Source: Ruditapes philippinarum
Lineage: Eukaryota
Direction of reading: 5' to 3'
DNA: 64,000 bases
Assembly: GCF_026571515.1 (NCBI RefSeq)
Contig: NW_026853344.1
Location: 1 to 64,000, forward strand
This document shows positions 50,001 to 64,000 of the stretch, piece after piece. How positions within the stretch are numbered: the stretch's first letter is position 1; each line of letters opens with the position of its first letter. Position numbers and translations under genes: made by a program. The notes under the pieces are model-generated. The model was not told the origin of the DNA. It made no database searches and worked only from the letters and a program-made list of their open reading frames with translations.

Positions 50001-53000
50001 ACTTCTAAGAATACTTTACTTGTAAACCACGTGCGTAAAGATATTTCTGCAAATTTATCAAAGTTTTGTTTACAAAATAGGATAAATAATGATTATAGAG
50101 CTATACAAATATATTGTTCTTGTAACCACTTATGTCTAGACTGTTATTATCTTAACTTTATAAATACTATAAAACTTTTCTGCCTTTCTGTTTACCTTTC
50201 ACATAAGAATTAGACAATTAATAACTTAATTGTAATCACATTGTGAAAGACATTGTATGCCTAAGCCAAAAATATTTTTAATATAATTTCAATTGGCAAT
50301 GGGCAAAAATCCAGATTAGTTTAACAAAAAACGCCTTAATTCTTCTCAAATTATTTATCGGACAAGAACTTTATATAAAGTTTCACAGTGACCTTGACCT
50401 CTGACCTAAATATCTCAAAATCTACAGGGGCCTTAAATTGGCCATTGGAAATGTGTCTTCTCAGTTAAACAAACTTAGGTTCATTCCTTCTAAAGTTATT
50501 GATCATACAAGTATTTTACATAAAGTGTCACTGTGACCTTTACCTTTGACCTAATGACCTCAAAAGCAACAGGGACCTTAAACTGGCCATTGGAAAATGT
50601 CTTTACGCACTTAAATAAACTTAAGTTTATTCCTTCTCAAGTTATTGATCAAACAAGGATTTTACATATAAATGTCACTGTGACCATGACCTTTGACCTA
50701 ATAACCTCAAAATCAACAGGGGCTGGAAATGTCTCTACTCAGTTAAATAAACTTAGGTTTATTCCTTCTCAAGTTATTGATCATACAAGAATTTTACATA
50801 TAAGTGTCACTGCGACCTTGACCTTTGACCTAATTACCTCAAAATCAATGGGGGTCATCTACTGGCATGGACAATATATCCCTTCTATATTTAATAAACT
50901 TTGGTTTACTACTTTTCAAGTTATTGATCAGATAATGATAATAGGACGTACGGACGAACGGACGAAACCATTCTAGTATTTAAAGTGGTGGGATAACAAG
51001 AAGCTTATATTCATTGTTCCATCAAATGCTCAAAATAAAACGCATTTATATAAAAAAAACAACATGATTTGCCATTGAAACCGATTTACGCACTTTTCTG
51101 GGTTATTTTGATCTAATTAATTGCAGGTTTGTTATTTTGCTCTCACATTCATGAGATTTTGAAGACAGAAATTATGTTGGTACGCCTATAATTCAAAACA
51201 CTGAAGAGAAGAAATTCGGTTCCGTTCTGCCACACGTCATTAATTTCACAATTGAATGCTAGTGCACATTATATTAGGCGTAATATAAGAATAGATATTT
51301 CAGACAAAATGGATAATTACCCTTTTTTCTTTGTAATTAGCAACATGTCGGTGAATAAGAAAATATGTCGAATCTTTTTACTAGGTTTTGAGCTGCTGAA
51401 GATTTTACGATTGCCTGCCTCGTTGACAATCTTTGTAACGGTGCCCTGTTTTACCAGGAACCTTGATGTTGAGATCAATGGAATTTTTGTCATTTTCTAA
51501 AAATAGGAAGAAAAAAACCAAATAAATACAGACCAACCCCTATAGAGCAATACCCTTTGGACAACGGACAAATCTTGATTGCTGCTGCCATATTTTGTTA
51601 TACAGAGGTTTTTGTCTTCATAAAGAAGTCTTACTTTGGGATATAAATATCAATGCTGCTGTGAAGTGGTGATTGGTCTATAGATGGTCGTTCTGTTGAG
51701 GTTATGCTGTAGTCCAAGTGGTATAAACTGAGTTAAAATTGAAGACGAAAAAAAATCTTTAAAAAAAAGTTGACCGATTTATTAGAAAATGAAAAATGTT
51801 TGTTATATATTATTTAGTACTGATGCAATAGTAAAAATTCTAAGAAACAAAGTGATTAGGTAACGAGGATTGTTATCACTTGAACCACTGAATTATTGGA
51901 GCCTATATGTATCTCTTATCTCAAGCAGGTGAGGTAGTTTTGACCCCTGGTGATACTTTAAGTTTGTAACTCCCGAGGTAAGCCAAAATCATCTTTTCCT
52001 GTTTCGGTGCCATATGACCTTATTTGTGTTGGTGCGCCGTAAAATCAAACAAATCAAACAAACAAACTTGATCTAACTTGATTTAAAATGAGCTGCGTCA
52101 TGACAAAACCAACATAGTGCGTTTGCGACCAGCATGGATCCAGATCAGCCTGCGCATCCGCGCAGTCTGATCAGGATCCACGCTGTTCGCTTACCAACTC
52201 TATTTCATGTAGAAAAACTGATAGCGGACAGCATGGATCCTGATCAGACTGCGCGGATGCGCAGGCTGATCTGGATCCATGCTGGTCGCAAAGCCATTAT
52301 GTTGGTTTTGTCGTGACGCGGCTCAAATTAATTTTACATGGATTAGGAAGTCTTACATTGAGAGGAAAGTCTATCTTTTTGTCTAGCTCGATCATCTGTT
52401 CTGTCTGTTGCATTTTTCTTACAGCATCGTCACTCTTTCTTGCAACCTGAATCATAATATCAAGTGTATTATTTTGTTTGTGATAAAATATATTCATATT
52501 GTCATTTAACAATATTATTATTTCGCTTTCTGTATGATATAGCTATTTCTTTAAATCATAACAATCGCTATTCTTATGATATCGCCATTTCTTTATAAGC
52601 AAACGCTTCCAATGTGTTATTGCTATTTATACTGCAGTATATTCAAAAGTTTCCAATGAGTTATCGCTATTTCTTTACAAATACATTCGAACGCCTCCAA
52701 TTGTTATTGCTATTTCTATACAGTTATATTCACAGGTTTCCAATCCATGTTTGTTCTATTTCTTTAAACTACCAATGTGTTATTGCTATTTCTTTACAGT
52801 TATAAAAATTAAATTTTTGTCATTATTCTGAAGTTATACGACTCACTTTTGTTCTAAACAAGAATTGCCGGTAGGACAGCGTGCTCGACTTTTCTCACCG
52901 CTTGATAGTAAAACAAGAACCCTAGATAATGTAGAATTTTCTATGTTCTAAACAAACCCATAATTATGTCAAAGAGTTATGGGTCTTGGAAGTGACCTCC

Positions 53001-56000
53001 TATCATGCTCTCAAATAAGTTTGTGAAGTTTCAACCCATCCCCTTTAGTAGTTTTGGTGATAAGAACTTGCAAGCAAAAACTTAACCAAAGTGTGACCCG
53101 CCGTTTATGTGATTACAAAAGCTCTCCCTATTCTTCGAATAATCGGCCCAAAAATGATCGGAAAATTCAACAAAAAATATTGACAACTTACTTTATTCAA
53201 AGCTTTCATTGCACACATTGCCGATTTCTTGATGCTGCTTTTTTCATTATTTTGATTTTCATTTGCCACAAGATCTGACATCCTTTTCCGCTCGTTATCT
53301 ATTTTATCTACACGTTCACATATAGCGGCTACTAGGAGCAACAGACGAGGTATTCTTTGCACGGGTAAAATGAGGAATGATGCAAATGTTAATGATTTAC
53401 ACGTCTCGTGCCTCTCCAATGTTGCAAGGGCATTCTGAAAATCAGGCCTTTTTCTGAAACATATGAGTACCGTATGTAGAATTGGTTATATGTTTGTCAA
53501 GAAATTTAAAATCACATGGTGGTTATTATCATATACAGCTCCTCTGAAATTTTAAACATTTAAATTACATGTTTTTTCTTGTCATCAAAGCATTCAAAAT
53601 TGCATGCTGGCTTTTTACCATATACAGTTTTTTTCTGAATTATAAAATTATTGTTTTCACTTACAAAATACCAAACAACTCAATGAAAAATATATCATTG
53701 CAGTAAATATTAAATATTCCGTTTTTTAACCACCTCAAGAACTTTGTCATTTTATTGCCGTTGTCTTTGATTTTTAAGATATATCTTTAAACCTGATTGG
53801 AACTGACCAACACTTAATTGTTCATGTTTAGGAAAGATTTGTAAGCGGCCGAATAGTTCAGTCGGTACAGCCGCGGAACGATATTCCGAGGGTCGGTCAC
53901 GGGTTCGAGTCCCGGCCAGACTGCACATTTTTCTTTATCTGTGACATTTGGCAGCCGGGACCGTGACTGCATATAGCTTAGAATTAATTAGCACGAGAAA
54001 TTTGGGGACGAATTTCAGTTTCAGTTTCAGTTTTTATTAAACCAAGGCATATAATATGCAACTGGTTATAACAAACAAACAAACAGAAAAATAACAGTCA
54101 AAAATCACTAATATCACAATATAAAAATACAATTATGACTAGCTAAATAAACAAAAAGGAGATCATTGTTCATTTCAAGTACTGAATTCAATACAACATG
54201 TATTTTATATTGTAACAAATGGGAACGGAGAATGAGAAGTATTAGTTATCTAAATTTTAACATAATGTTTTTACAAAATAAAGATAACATAGCAGGGGAG
54301 TTTGTCACAGTTCAGAACTGAGAAGATGTGTAAGTGGCCGGATAGCTCAGTCGGTATATCCGCGGAACCATATTCCCAGGGTCACGGGTTCGAGTCCCGG
54401 TCAGGCTGCATATTTTTCTCACACAATGACAATTGCACAAGGTCTAGCATTTTTGCATACTTTAATGATCTTCTTTAAATATACACATGTAAAATTCACA
54501 ATAAATTCACCCATTGACCTAGAATTGCTTAATTACCAATTACATGTACATTTTGTAATTATAATATTCGACCTAATAAGTTTTCATATCTTAATTCGAT
54601 GAAAGCCATATAGGGTCGGCGCTTTGACTTAAAACCAGACAAATGACCAAGAAATTAGGCCAATTACTAATAAATCAACCGACTTGTTTCCCAGTGTTTA
54701 CCAATATCTTCATCTCTCCTTGGAAAAGGATTTGCTTAACAGAACATTTTTATTATTAACCAATATTTTCTAGGTCAAGTTAACATGGTTAGTAATGTTA
54801 TTGATTATTCAAATTTATAATCTATAGTTTGCTTGAAAAATGAGTCACGTGTAAAAACAAAAAGCATTATTCATGTCTGTTCGTGCATTATTGAAGATAA
54901 TATGTTTGTTTCTACTAAAAGGCGCATTATCCCTCAGAAAGAAATAAATATTTACTTCTTTACGAAGGTTAAACATGAATTTTATAATGTTAAAATAATA
55001 GTTTTAGAGAATGTAAGATGCTTGTTATCTGAAGAAAGTAGTGATAAATGTGATGTATTTTGTAGCGAAAAATGTTAAATATTTTGATGATATTTTGTCA
55101 TATAAGTAGCAAAATATAAACAAAGTAGTATTTTGACTTCCATACAAATACTGATTCTCTATAACTGTACATATTGCCAAAAAAAAGCAACAAATGCAAA
55201 AGATGGTTGAGGTAATTGACCAATTAGTAACATTTTGGGTACTATAAAAGTACACCAAAATTTAAAAACTTTACAGAAATTAAAAAAAAGCATTTCTGAG
55301 GTAAAATGGGCCTTTAAAATGAATTTAAAAAAGCAGAATGCATTGAAGGCATGTAAATTATTTTCTATGAAAGTAGTAAAACTTATTAAAGTAGTATATT
55401 GACTTCCATACAAAATACTTTATCACTATTAATGAACTTATATTACCAAAACAAAGAGAAGCAAAAGATAGTATGGCCAATGAAAACTTTTTTTCGAAAC
55501 ATATAACAAGACACTGAAAGAAGGAAAGGTATTGAGAAATGAAAAACAGCAAATTAGGGGCATAAAAGGCCTTTAAAGATATTGACCATCTTCGTTAAAT
55601 GAGCAGTTTAGGTAATCCTTCCTCAAGCTTAGTGCTATATATATGGATATATATGAGGGGAGCAATGGTTGGGTGGTAGGCGTTCTGGCGTCGAATGGTT
55701 CCGGGTTCGAGCCCTATCAGGGACACTGGTTATTTCGTTGACCAAGAAATTAACTTTACCAAGGTGTAAATCTATAGATGCGGACCTGAGAGGGCGGTCT
55801 TATTTTGCGGCTTCGCTTTAGTATGGGTTGTTATTAGCGAAGTGAAATACAACCGGAAGAGATTGGTCGATTAACTGTAAAGTCGGTTCAAATGTCATGT
55901 GTATGAAACGTTAATCGACTATAAAATACATTTACTTATATGTAAGGAAAACCCGAAATCAATGTCCTGCTAAATCTGAAACCCCAACGAAAGGAAATCC

Positions 56001-59000
56001 CGCATTTATGTATGTAACTCACAAACGTTAAGCAAGAACAACCTACCTTAAAGTTGTAGCAATTCTATTCTGGTATTCTTGGTTGCTGCAGTAAATCACA
56101 TAGCACGAGAAACTACTGTTGGCGTGTTTGGTTATAATATCACATATATCTAGCATTTTAATCGATTTCTTCCAAGATGATGTTAATTCTGACAGGAACC
56201 TGAAAATCAAACAAGTTGGCAAACATGGCGATTTTGTTGTTGGAAGTAAGATACATTTTATACATGGAAATTGCAGTGAAACCAACTATTGTTGTTAATA
56301 AAAAATTGGTTATTGCGCTTTTGCCCTACGCAGATTGCGCATGCGCGAAATGAAACATCCGTTGCTATGAAAAAATCGTAGGTCTATATATTTATGATAA
56401 TGTATTATTCCACAACTTGTAACATGTTTCCTTATACTTATTATCTTTTAAATTAATTATTATTATTTAAATATAATTTACATATATTAAAGGTGGAGTG
56501 GTGGCCTAGTGGTTAAGGTGTCTGCCTCTCAACTCAGGGAACCCAGTTTTTTTGTGGTTTTAAGTCACCAAGACATTGTAAATGTCTTATGGTGATTTTC
56601 TAGCTTTACTGATGGAGGAAGACCTAAGGTGCCCCTCCATGCATTATGTCAGGAACTACCTGAGTAGAACCATCGACGCTCTGTTAGCTAACGGGATAGC
56701 CTCTTTTACAAGAAAAGATTCAAAGTCCCTAGCGGAACCCTAACGGTGAGGTCCACCTGGTTAAAAGGCGAACCTCGAACAGTTTTTATTAACGAGCAGT
56801 GATACTACCTTTCGCTTGTTTTTCGTATCTCCTCTGTATTAGAGAAGATTACGTGACGTTCCTGCTTGGAAAGCACACACTTGCCCGGCTCGTTGGAGCT
56901 GAATTCCTCCGACTTAGCAAAAACCTCATCCAACACCTTCAGACTTTTCAGATATGTTGCTTCAGATGTGATGATTTCGAACATCAACTGAAAATATCGA
57001 ATTCGCATCTTTTAACATTTAAGAAAAGATATTTATTTTAACAATTTTCTGACGACCCAAACAAATAATGGTAGCGAAATTTCAGACCCTGATGTTCTTA
57101 TTTGCAAATGTCGAAAGTAGTCCATACTCCTCGAAGCGGTTACTTCCCTTCATATGTACATTAACGCCGAAAATTTAAGGGGAGATCACTGCGTAAAGAT
57201 TGTCAAATGACAGGCGCAATAATTTTCGTGACGAGCTTGATGACGGATATATTTCCTTAATGGGGATATCGTAATATTCTTGTATCTTAACTACTTACAC
57301 AACACGTGTAGATATTTCTTCCTGCAAACATAGTCACTTTATCTACAACTCATACAATTATCATAATATATATACAGACTTATTATCATCATACGTATAC
57401 GGAAGTAATGACTTGAAATTAGTCACTAAGTCATGTAGTTAAACTTCTTTTTCTTTAATGTCATTTTTGTCATTTGTTTTATTAAAGTACCCTTGATGTA
57501 AAGAAATTCAGCAAGAAGTTGATCAATAAAAAGAGGTACCTCCGTATGGCTTGAACTACTAAAATTAAAGAAAGTTTAGAGACAGATGCTATTAAAGTCT
57601 AAATTTAAATTTAAACCATATTCGAGTCTAAATCCAGCGAAGGTTACTTAAATTCACCACTGTTCAACCAACCTTGTAACATTTAAGTGTTGCTATGCTT
57701 AAAGGTTCTTCTATTTTATCTATATTCAGAATATTGTGCACAGCTTATAAAATGTCAAGGAGTGCACAGCATTACATCGACTAGTGTTCAATATCATGAT
57801 ATTATGTACTATGATATTGTTTTTAAGTGCACTTGAAAACAATTAGACTTTGTATAATTTTAGCTCACCTCATGAAGTTGAGTTTCATGTGATGTGATTG
57901 TCTTCAGAAGGCCACTTGACTGAACCTATAGAAGGAAAAAAAACAATTAAATTATACATGTCTGGCATAATGAAACGGAGATGAGTCATAGATGATCTAT
58001 TTCCTTTACTCAATGATATCGTCTGCTTTTAAAGCAGCATTTCTCCCGGATTTATGTTAATTTTCATGACAATTTTGAAACTGTATTTAAAAGTAAAATA
58101 TTGTGAAGTGAACAGAGAAAGTAACATACATTGTACACCATTGCAAACGGCATTGGCAATCACACGTAAATTGCCAAAAAGTGGTCAGAATATGCAAAAT
58201 AGAAAATCACACAGTAGAAATATGGTGATAAGAACTGGAAATTGAGTCAATAATTTAACATAACATGAGTCTCGATCATTTTTACTTTTCTTTAAATCTA
58301 GTAGTACATTTCCTTAAGTCTGATATTCTTGAAATATTTTGGCCCATCTTGACGTATGTAGCTTTAAAGGTGCAGGCCCACATAAGTAAAAAATGTCCAA
58401 TTCAAAGAAACAACTTTACAAACGAATTCTTATAATTAAGGAAACGTAGAAATATTCACCAACTATGAAAACCTTTGCAAAATGGCGGAATTTAACAGTT
58501 TTATCCCCATATATCTATCCTGTTTCTAACGGACAAAGGAATTTTTTTTATTTTTTACTTTTACTCTTCTGAAGTAAATTATATTTATACGTTTAAGCAT
58601 TTTAAGTAAATTGTCTGGATAGTTAGTGCATGCGACTAACTTATATAACATTATGTATACAATTAACAACATTTCCTAAAATTTTAAAAAAAGCATTTAT
58701 TTTTTTCTTCTAAAAATAGAACATATCTGTAGGCGTGTTGCTTTAAGTCGTATTGTTTGGAAGTATGTTAAGATATGAGCCGCGTCACGACAAAACCAAC
58801 ATAGTGCGTTTTGCGACCAGCATGGATTAAGACCAGCCTGCGCATCCGCGCAGTCTGATCAGGATCCATGCTGTTGGCTTACCAACTCTATTACAAGTGG
58901 AGAAACTGACAGCGAACAGCATGTATCCTGATCAGACTGCGCGAATGCACAGGCTTGTCTGAATCCATGCTGGTCGCAAACGCACTATGTTGGTTTTGTC

Positions 59001-60029
59001 GTGACGCGGCTCATATAACTGTTTGCCTTTTTTTTTGCTTCCTTAATCTCTAAAGAGATGTATATAATATACCATCATATCTGAATAACTTGGAGTAGTT
59101 GAAACCGACTTGACCTACTTTTATCTTTTTTTTCGAGTGTCAGTTTGTAAAAAGATTTTGTTCTCTATTTAATTTGAAATTTTGAAATTTAACATTGGTT
59201 GTTAAAGTGTCATTAATATCATAGAAATAAGCTCTAAAGTCGGTAAGAAAGACAATTTTGAAGACATATTCTATTCGTTTAACCTCATATTTTATCCTTA
59301 CAATTCCACTGAGGTTCAAAAGTCTAAAAATGTAAAATTTAAATTTCTTACATTGATCGGCTGGTGAACTTAAACAGAAAGATTTGAAGATTATTTAGAA
59401 ATATATCAAACAATATATTGAAAATCGTATTTTTGAGTTATTCTTAGTCCGACTTGAGTGATGGCCTAGTGGTTCAGGTGTCTGCCTCTCAATCCAGGGA
59501 TCATAGGTTCGAGCCCTACTTCTACATATGACACCAGTACTGATCGATTACATGAAACAGACTCGAAAGTGATTTATATAAGTTGCAAGATTATATTTCG
59601 CAATCGAGCTTCAATAAATATGTTTAAAACCAAGCAAAGCAACATTCACCCAACGGTCACGTTCAATTTACAACATTTGGACGTTAATAACGTAAACACG
59701 TCATCTGCCAATTAGACGAATTTCTTTGCAGTAAACAAAATTATATTAATTTTCAGGCTAATGGCAGTCTTTCTTTTTTTTTTAAATAATCCAGTTCTTC
59801 CGGTATATTTTCTGGAAATACATCTTGCCAGATTGAATAATTCGAAGTTAAAAAAAAATCGAAAAGGAAATATACATGTAGATAAATATTGTAAAATATG
59901 TTAAAGGAGAAAATACATGTACTTGTACCTCTTGCATCTCAGACCATATTGGCCTTGGGCTTTTGCCGAATTTTTCCAAAGCAATTTCTACATTTTCTTC
60001 GATTACCTCTATAGTTTCCGTGGATTCTT
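44089..60029 (-). CDS. Ephexin/SGEF (ARHGEF26-like) RhoGEF gene, DH-PH-SH3. Exons 60029-59929, 57925-57869, 56987-56809, 56199-56047, 53453-53192, 52446-52357, 51496-51321, 49464-49276, 46906-46830, 44822-44718, 44297-44089; 5' end lies further right
   Basis: All introns are GT-AG with compatible phases. Motifs: WSEMQE|[29 protein letters not shown] (DH); [35 protein letters not shown] (PH); [28 protein letters not shown] (SH3). Confidence 0.9.
44805..45748. repeat. 53-bp minisatellite (~17-18 copies) derived from the intron/exon junction of the SH3 exon
   Basis: Unit GACAGTCTATAAATAGATCAATGCATATTAGAAGCACAACAATCTCACTTGCT. The first unit overlaps exon 44718-44822. Confidence 0.92.
46005..46442. 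repeat. Degenerate minisatellite (ATTGATACATTGATACGTTATTTTGATG units)
   Basis: Visible tandem array of ~28-bp units. One similar unit at ~44575-44610. Confidence 0.8.
47200..47550. repeat. Degenerate ~30-bp minisatellite (ACACAATACAGGGCAACTTTTTACAAATGT)
   Basis: About 11 imperfect tandem units. Confidence 0.8.
47907..48117. repeat. Degenerate ~25-bp minisatellite (CTCCCCTTATCAGAGTTATTATGAT)
   Basis: About 8 imperfect tandem units. Confidence 0.75.
48834..49029. mobile_element. Short MITE-like element
   Basis: GGTAACATTAGATCACCGCTCATGGCCGCG is mirrored by CGCGGCCATTAGCGGTAACCCAATGTTACC. Confidence 0.6.
50380..50996 (-). mobile_element. HINE-like element with TGACCTTGACCTTTGACC-containing tandem units
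   Basis: About 4 units of ~140-150 bp, followed by a (GGAC)n-like tract and a GGGATAA end. Confidence 0.6.
52087..52328. mobile_element. Palindromic MITE, family copy 2
   Basis: ~100-bp near-perfect TIRs, same family as 43744 and 58773. Confidence 0.85.
53845..54410 (+). repeat. Two tRNA-like SINE heads (53845-53925 and 54334-54410)
   Basis: TAG(T/C)TCAGTCGGTA A-box and GGTTCGAGTCCC B-box in both, sharing downstream TTTTCT. Acceptor stems are poor. Confidence 0.6.
58773..59016. mobile_element. Palindromic MITE, family copy 3
   Basis: ATATGAGCCGCGTCACGACAAAACCAAC... / ...GTTGGTTTTGTCGTGACGCGGCTCATAT. Confidence 0.85.
59455..59625 (+). mobile_element. tRNA-derived SINE (related heads at ~55655, ~56495, ~60105)
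   Basis: TGGCCTAGTGGTT A-box and GGTTCGAGCCC B-box. Confidence 0.6.
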
Positions 60030-63000
60030 CTGTAAAAAGAAATATTTATGACCCTTTTAGAATGACATTTTGCATTATTTCAAGTACAAAAATAAATACA
60101 GAAAAGAGGTGGTCTAGTGGTTAAGGTATCTGCCTCTGCACCAAGGGACCTCTGGTTCGATTCTTACCAAGTTTTCCCAAATTTAAACCAGTTCTGGTTG
60201 CTTCAAGGAAGCGCGTGCGAAATTAATGAATAAACATCGCAAGAACTTGTTTCATAGTCAAGCTTTAATACATGTATGTACAACCTAACAAATGAGCTTT
60301 TGATTTCAGCATATTAAGTGTTGATAAGTGAGTACCCCTCAAGCCAGTGCTAGGGGGCGTGAGGGATGTTGCACTTTTTTTCATTACCCCCCCCCCCGTT
60401 ATTTTACAGACTCAGTCAAACCGAGTCTGCAATTTTCATGTAATTTTGTTGTTTGGGATCACCTTTATCAAGATTTTTAACTGAAAAAAACTATATTGCC
60501 TAGTTCGCAAGTGTTAGAAATGTGGGACGAGTGATTTGAAGTCAACGACCTTGAACTAGGGCAAATATTGATTGATGGTCACATATTCAATCAACCTGTT
60601 TCACTCTGGAAAAATAGTTATATTGAACGCTACTGTTAGGCGTGACCTACTGGTATCGATCAAATAATCATAGGTATAAATCGATTGTCGGAGCTGTCAA
60701 TCGATTAGAAACGCTAAATGTACATGTACTTGTATATGTGAATGACGATGAACTGATGTGTTCCAGTTAATTTTTTTGAATAAACTTCTATTTTGTTCTG
60801 TTCTGTTCTGCTTAATTGAAGCGCAAAATAGTTCTGCATTTTAATATGCAAAACAAGATTTTGTACGATCCTGACTTATGCTTGTTTAATTCAAATCGTT
60901 GAATAAGAACATCTATTATTCGAATGCACACTTATCAGTTATCAGTTTTCTTTTTTTTGAAGGCCAAAGTGCATGTACATGAATATTTCTGTCCGATCAC
61001 GCGATACAATAATATTTAACCATTTCACTGCCTTCTTGAGTACAGGGCAAACTGTACAAACATTGTGCTATAGAATCAACTTAAATTACAGATAGCAAAT
61101 ATTGAACCAACGAAGGTTAAATAAAAGATTACCAGACCATAATTTGTTCCTTATCTGGACCTTTATACGATGGGTAAATAAGCCAAATAAGTACTACGTG
61201 TGTAGGAGAGTTTGTATCCAGATACCATACTATATTGATCTAGTTATAAGTCAACTAAATCAGACATTTGGACATATTAGTGCAGTAACCGGTTAAGTCC
61301 TTCTAAATTTAAAAGGAGTGAAGCAGTCATTGCACTAAGGTGACGAATTTAAGTAATTTCATGATGACATTGTTATAAGTTAACATTTACTATTTCCCAT
61401 ATTTTTAAAACAAATTTTAAATTCATACATGCGAACTTTATGCAAAGTCCTCTGTTATTATTCTCAAAAATTATAAGTAAAACTTCATTGAACTTTGAAT
61501 TAATCTACATGTACACGTGACCTCCGTGCAAGCGGTCAATTGTTGTTATTATCAATTTCTTTCTTGTTCTGATAAATAAAAACAACTTCTCTAATCTGTT
61601 GAAAAGGGGAAAAGTTGAAAGTATACATAGATAAAACAAGACATGAACAATATTGTTTAAACATGTATATACTTACCAATAAACAAAGATTCCAAGAGAG
61701 TTTTTATGTTCTCTTTTCCAAATATCAAAACAAACACCACGCAGACGATTGCCAACGTAAACAAAATAGTAAAAAAATCCATTTTCCCTCCCTTTTTCCG
61801 CTGCTATCAGAATACGTGCAAACCAATTTGTGGAACACTGTACTATTATATTTCACTTTTATTTTTTAAACTTAAACTTCATGTTTATCTGTCAAGTATA
61901 AAACGGAATCAAATTACACATGGGTTATAAATAAGCATTTCTTGCAATCCATCCGAAGTTATTATAATTGACACAGTAGCATATGTTTCTGCTTCATATC
62001 ACATTAAAATAAAACACTATTTCCAGGGAAAAAACACATCACACGTTTGTTCTAATTAAAATCAACAACCATCTGTACTTCACATGTGGGTATAACTATA
62101 AGTGTCCCTTGAGAAATCGAGCGTTCTCTTCCAATGGTTTTATTGGTTAATTGCAATTTGACAGCATCGCTCTGTCTTTGGCACATATGATCTAAAAATA
62201 GAAACAATATATTCCATTCAATCAATAGAACAATGTCTTCCTTTTCTCACGAACAAAATACATGTACATCACAAAAATAACAACAGGCCACTCACTATAC
62301 ATTTATTAGCTCTTAACTGAATCATACAAGTGTGTATAAATATTTAGTTCCGGAAATTGTCAATAAATTCAATGTATATAGATAATAGTCCTACATATAA
62401 ATATGAGGAAGAACGCTGTGTTTGCCTATATTTACTATGTGACAAAATGTTGACACAATATGAATACTTATAGCGTTATGTAGCGTTCTTTCTTTCATCG
62501 TATGCTAATTTCATATCGCAAACTCCCAAACACATCTATCGTCCTATTTATATATGGTACAATGTAATATATAATTATATCTGATGATTTCATATATTCT
62601 AAGATTTCTTTGTAGTAAAATATATCCAAATCAACGTTTTCAACGGTACAAAAAAAATATATTAATATTACATAGTGTTACTCCATCTGTAAAAAGTACT
62701 ACTTATTCCCCCGTGGTATTACTATTCATCTTGGTTTATTGTAACTATGAACTCTCGCCGTAAATGACATTAAAGGCTGAATGTATATCATCGGGAAATA
62801 GATAACTTCCCTAAACTACAGTATACACAAACAACATCATCATCATCACCGCAGCAAACATAGCATATAAACAACAACATGTAAATAAAAATGACTAAAA
62901 TGTTGGCTTAAATGTTACATGTTTAATGCACTTTTACAGTTTTTGACACAAATTTTCTCGTTTTAATTTACTTGTATGTCCACTGCAAACAATAAAATCG

Positions 63001-63969
63001 CCAATGTAAACGGTATTTATTACAGTTCTCAATACATCCCATAAACATTAACTTTTATTTATTGGCTAGGTCAATATACATATAGAAGAAGAGCGACCAT
63101 GTTCAGCACATTTGATGGTTTTGAGAGTTTTTCTTCTCTTATTTAAAATGTGTATCCGTTTCAGTGAACGAGGCCATGAAATCGATTTATTAGCCCAGAT
63201 AATGTTCATTTTATGTTGTAATGAGGGGGGGGGGGGGGGGGGGGACATTACAGGCAGTGAGATCAATATAATAATGTATCTATTTTCGTGGTGAAACTGA
63301 GATTTAAGGACTTATATACACGAATATTGAGACTTATATATCCTGAGAATAAAAAACTTGGTGAAAAAAATATTTTGGTAGATAAATGTGTTTTAGTTTA
63401 AGTATATACTTTACATATCAGGTTTTTATACCCATATCGTACAAAAGATACAAGCTTACATTCATTGTACATCAGCAAAAGTAAATTTTTAAATAATCAC
63501 AATTGCACACAATGCAGGCAGCGCACCCTAATCCTGATTTTACTAATGATCGTCTTTCAATTGTTTTATAACTAGTAAAGCATTGTACGATAGAACAGAC
63601 TTAAGTTACTTTTTCATGCGTGCGTATCATACATATTTTGTATTTAAAAGTTTCATAGATGCAATCTTAATTAAATGGCTGTGTCTAATAGATTTTTTAT
63701 GAATATTTTATCCAGACTACGTAGATGCGCGATATTACATAGATAATAATCGCGCTTCTAAGTAGGACATTAATTTTAATTTAACACAAAGGAAAAAATA
63801 ACCATTCAGCGGAACCAATTTTATATGTTTCTAGTATATCTACAGTTGTATATAAATCTAGTATATGAATATGACTTATGGAAGAAATTCCTTAAATTCT
63901 CGGCTTAACTAGGTTTTATCCACATTCATCCGTTACTGTATTTGAAAAGTGATAAAAATAATTTCTTAC

Positions 63970-64000
63970 CTCTGTATATTTTGACCAACTTATATAAACT
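63970..64000 (-). CDS. Possible upstream exon of the RhoGEF gene, truncated by the window edge
   Basis: Donor AG|GTAAGA at 63969. The frame SLYKLVKIYR+G is phase 1 and compatible with the exon starting at 60029. Confidence 0.4.

Noticed and set aside
53845-54410. Functional tRNA genes
   Set aside because: A/B boxes are present, but acceptor stems are poor, one copy has an insertion and both share 3' flanks. SINE heads are more likely, and tRNAscan-SE would decide.
61670-61900. Donor-like G|GTAAGT at ~61677 (minus strand) as another RhoGEF exon
   Set aside because: No convincing acceptor or coding frame. It could be a non-coding alternative exon, but this is unsupported.
63224-63244. Poly-G runs (also ~48467 and poly-C ~42758) as G-quadruplex elements
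   Set aside because: Simple homopolymers with no supporting context.

Overview
AT-rich animal genomic DNA with spliceosomal introns. The repeat families (HINE-type elements with (GTCC)n, tRNA-derived SINEs) suggest a bivalve mollusc, which is an inference. Bases ~4-40 kb hold a five-copy cluster (one copy on the minus strand, four in tandem on plus). Each copy has a ~900-nt exon for a triose-phosphate/PEP-translocator-family (TPT/SLC35E-like) transporter, a phase-1 GT-AG intron, and a ~1.26-kb exon for a polysaccharide pyruvyltransferase (S. pombe Pvg1-like). Splicing joins them in frame into a predicted 720-aa transporter-pyruvyltransferase fusion, intact only in copy 4 (31108-33611). The transporter exon is broken in the other four copies, while all five transferase ORFs are open and have their own ATG and signal-anchor. 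Copy 3 is interrupted by a full-length 7.1-kb Ngaro-type tyrosine-recombinase retrotransposon (18548-25657). It has split direct repeats, no target-site duplication, an SGNH hydrolase ORF upstream of gag with candidate splice sites, and a CRISPR-like array of 8 hairpin repeats in its 3' UTR. Bases 44-64 kb contain a multi-exon ephexin/SGEF-type RhoGEF gene (DH-PH-SH3) on the minus strand, with SINEs, MITEs and minisatellites in its introns.
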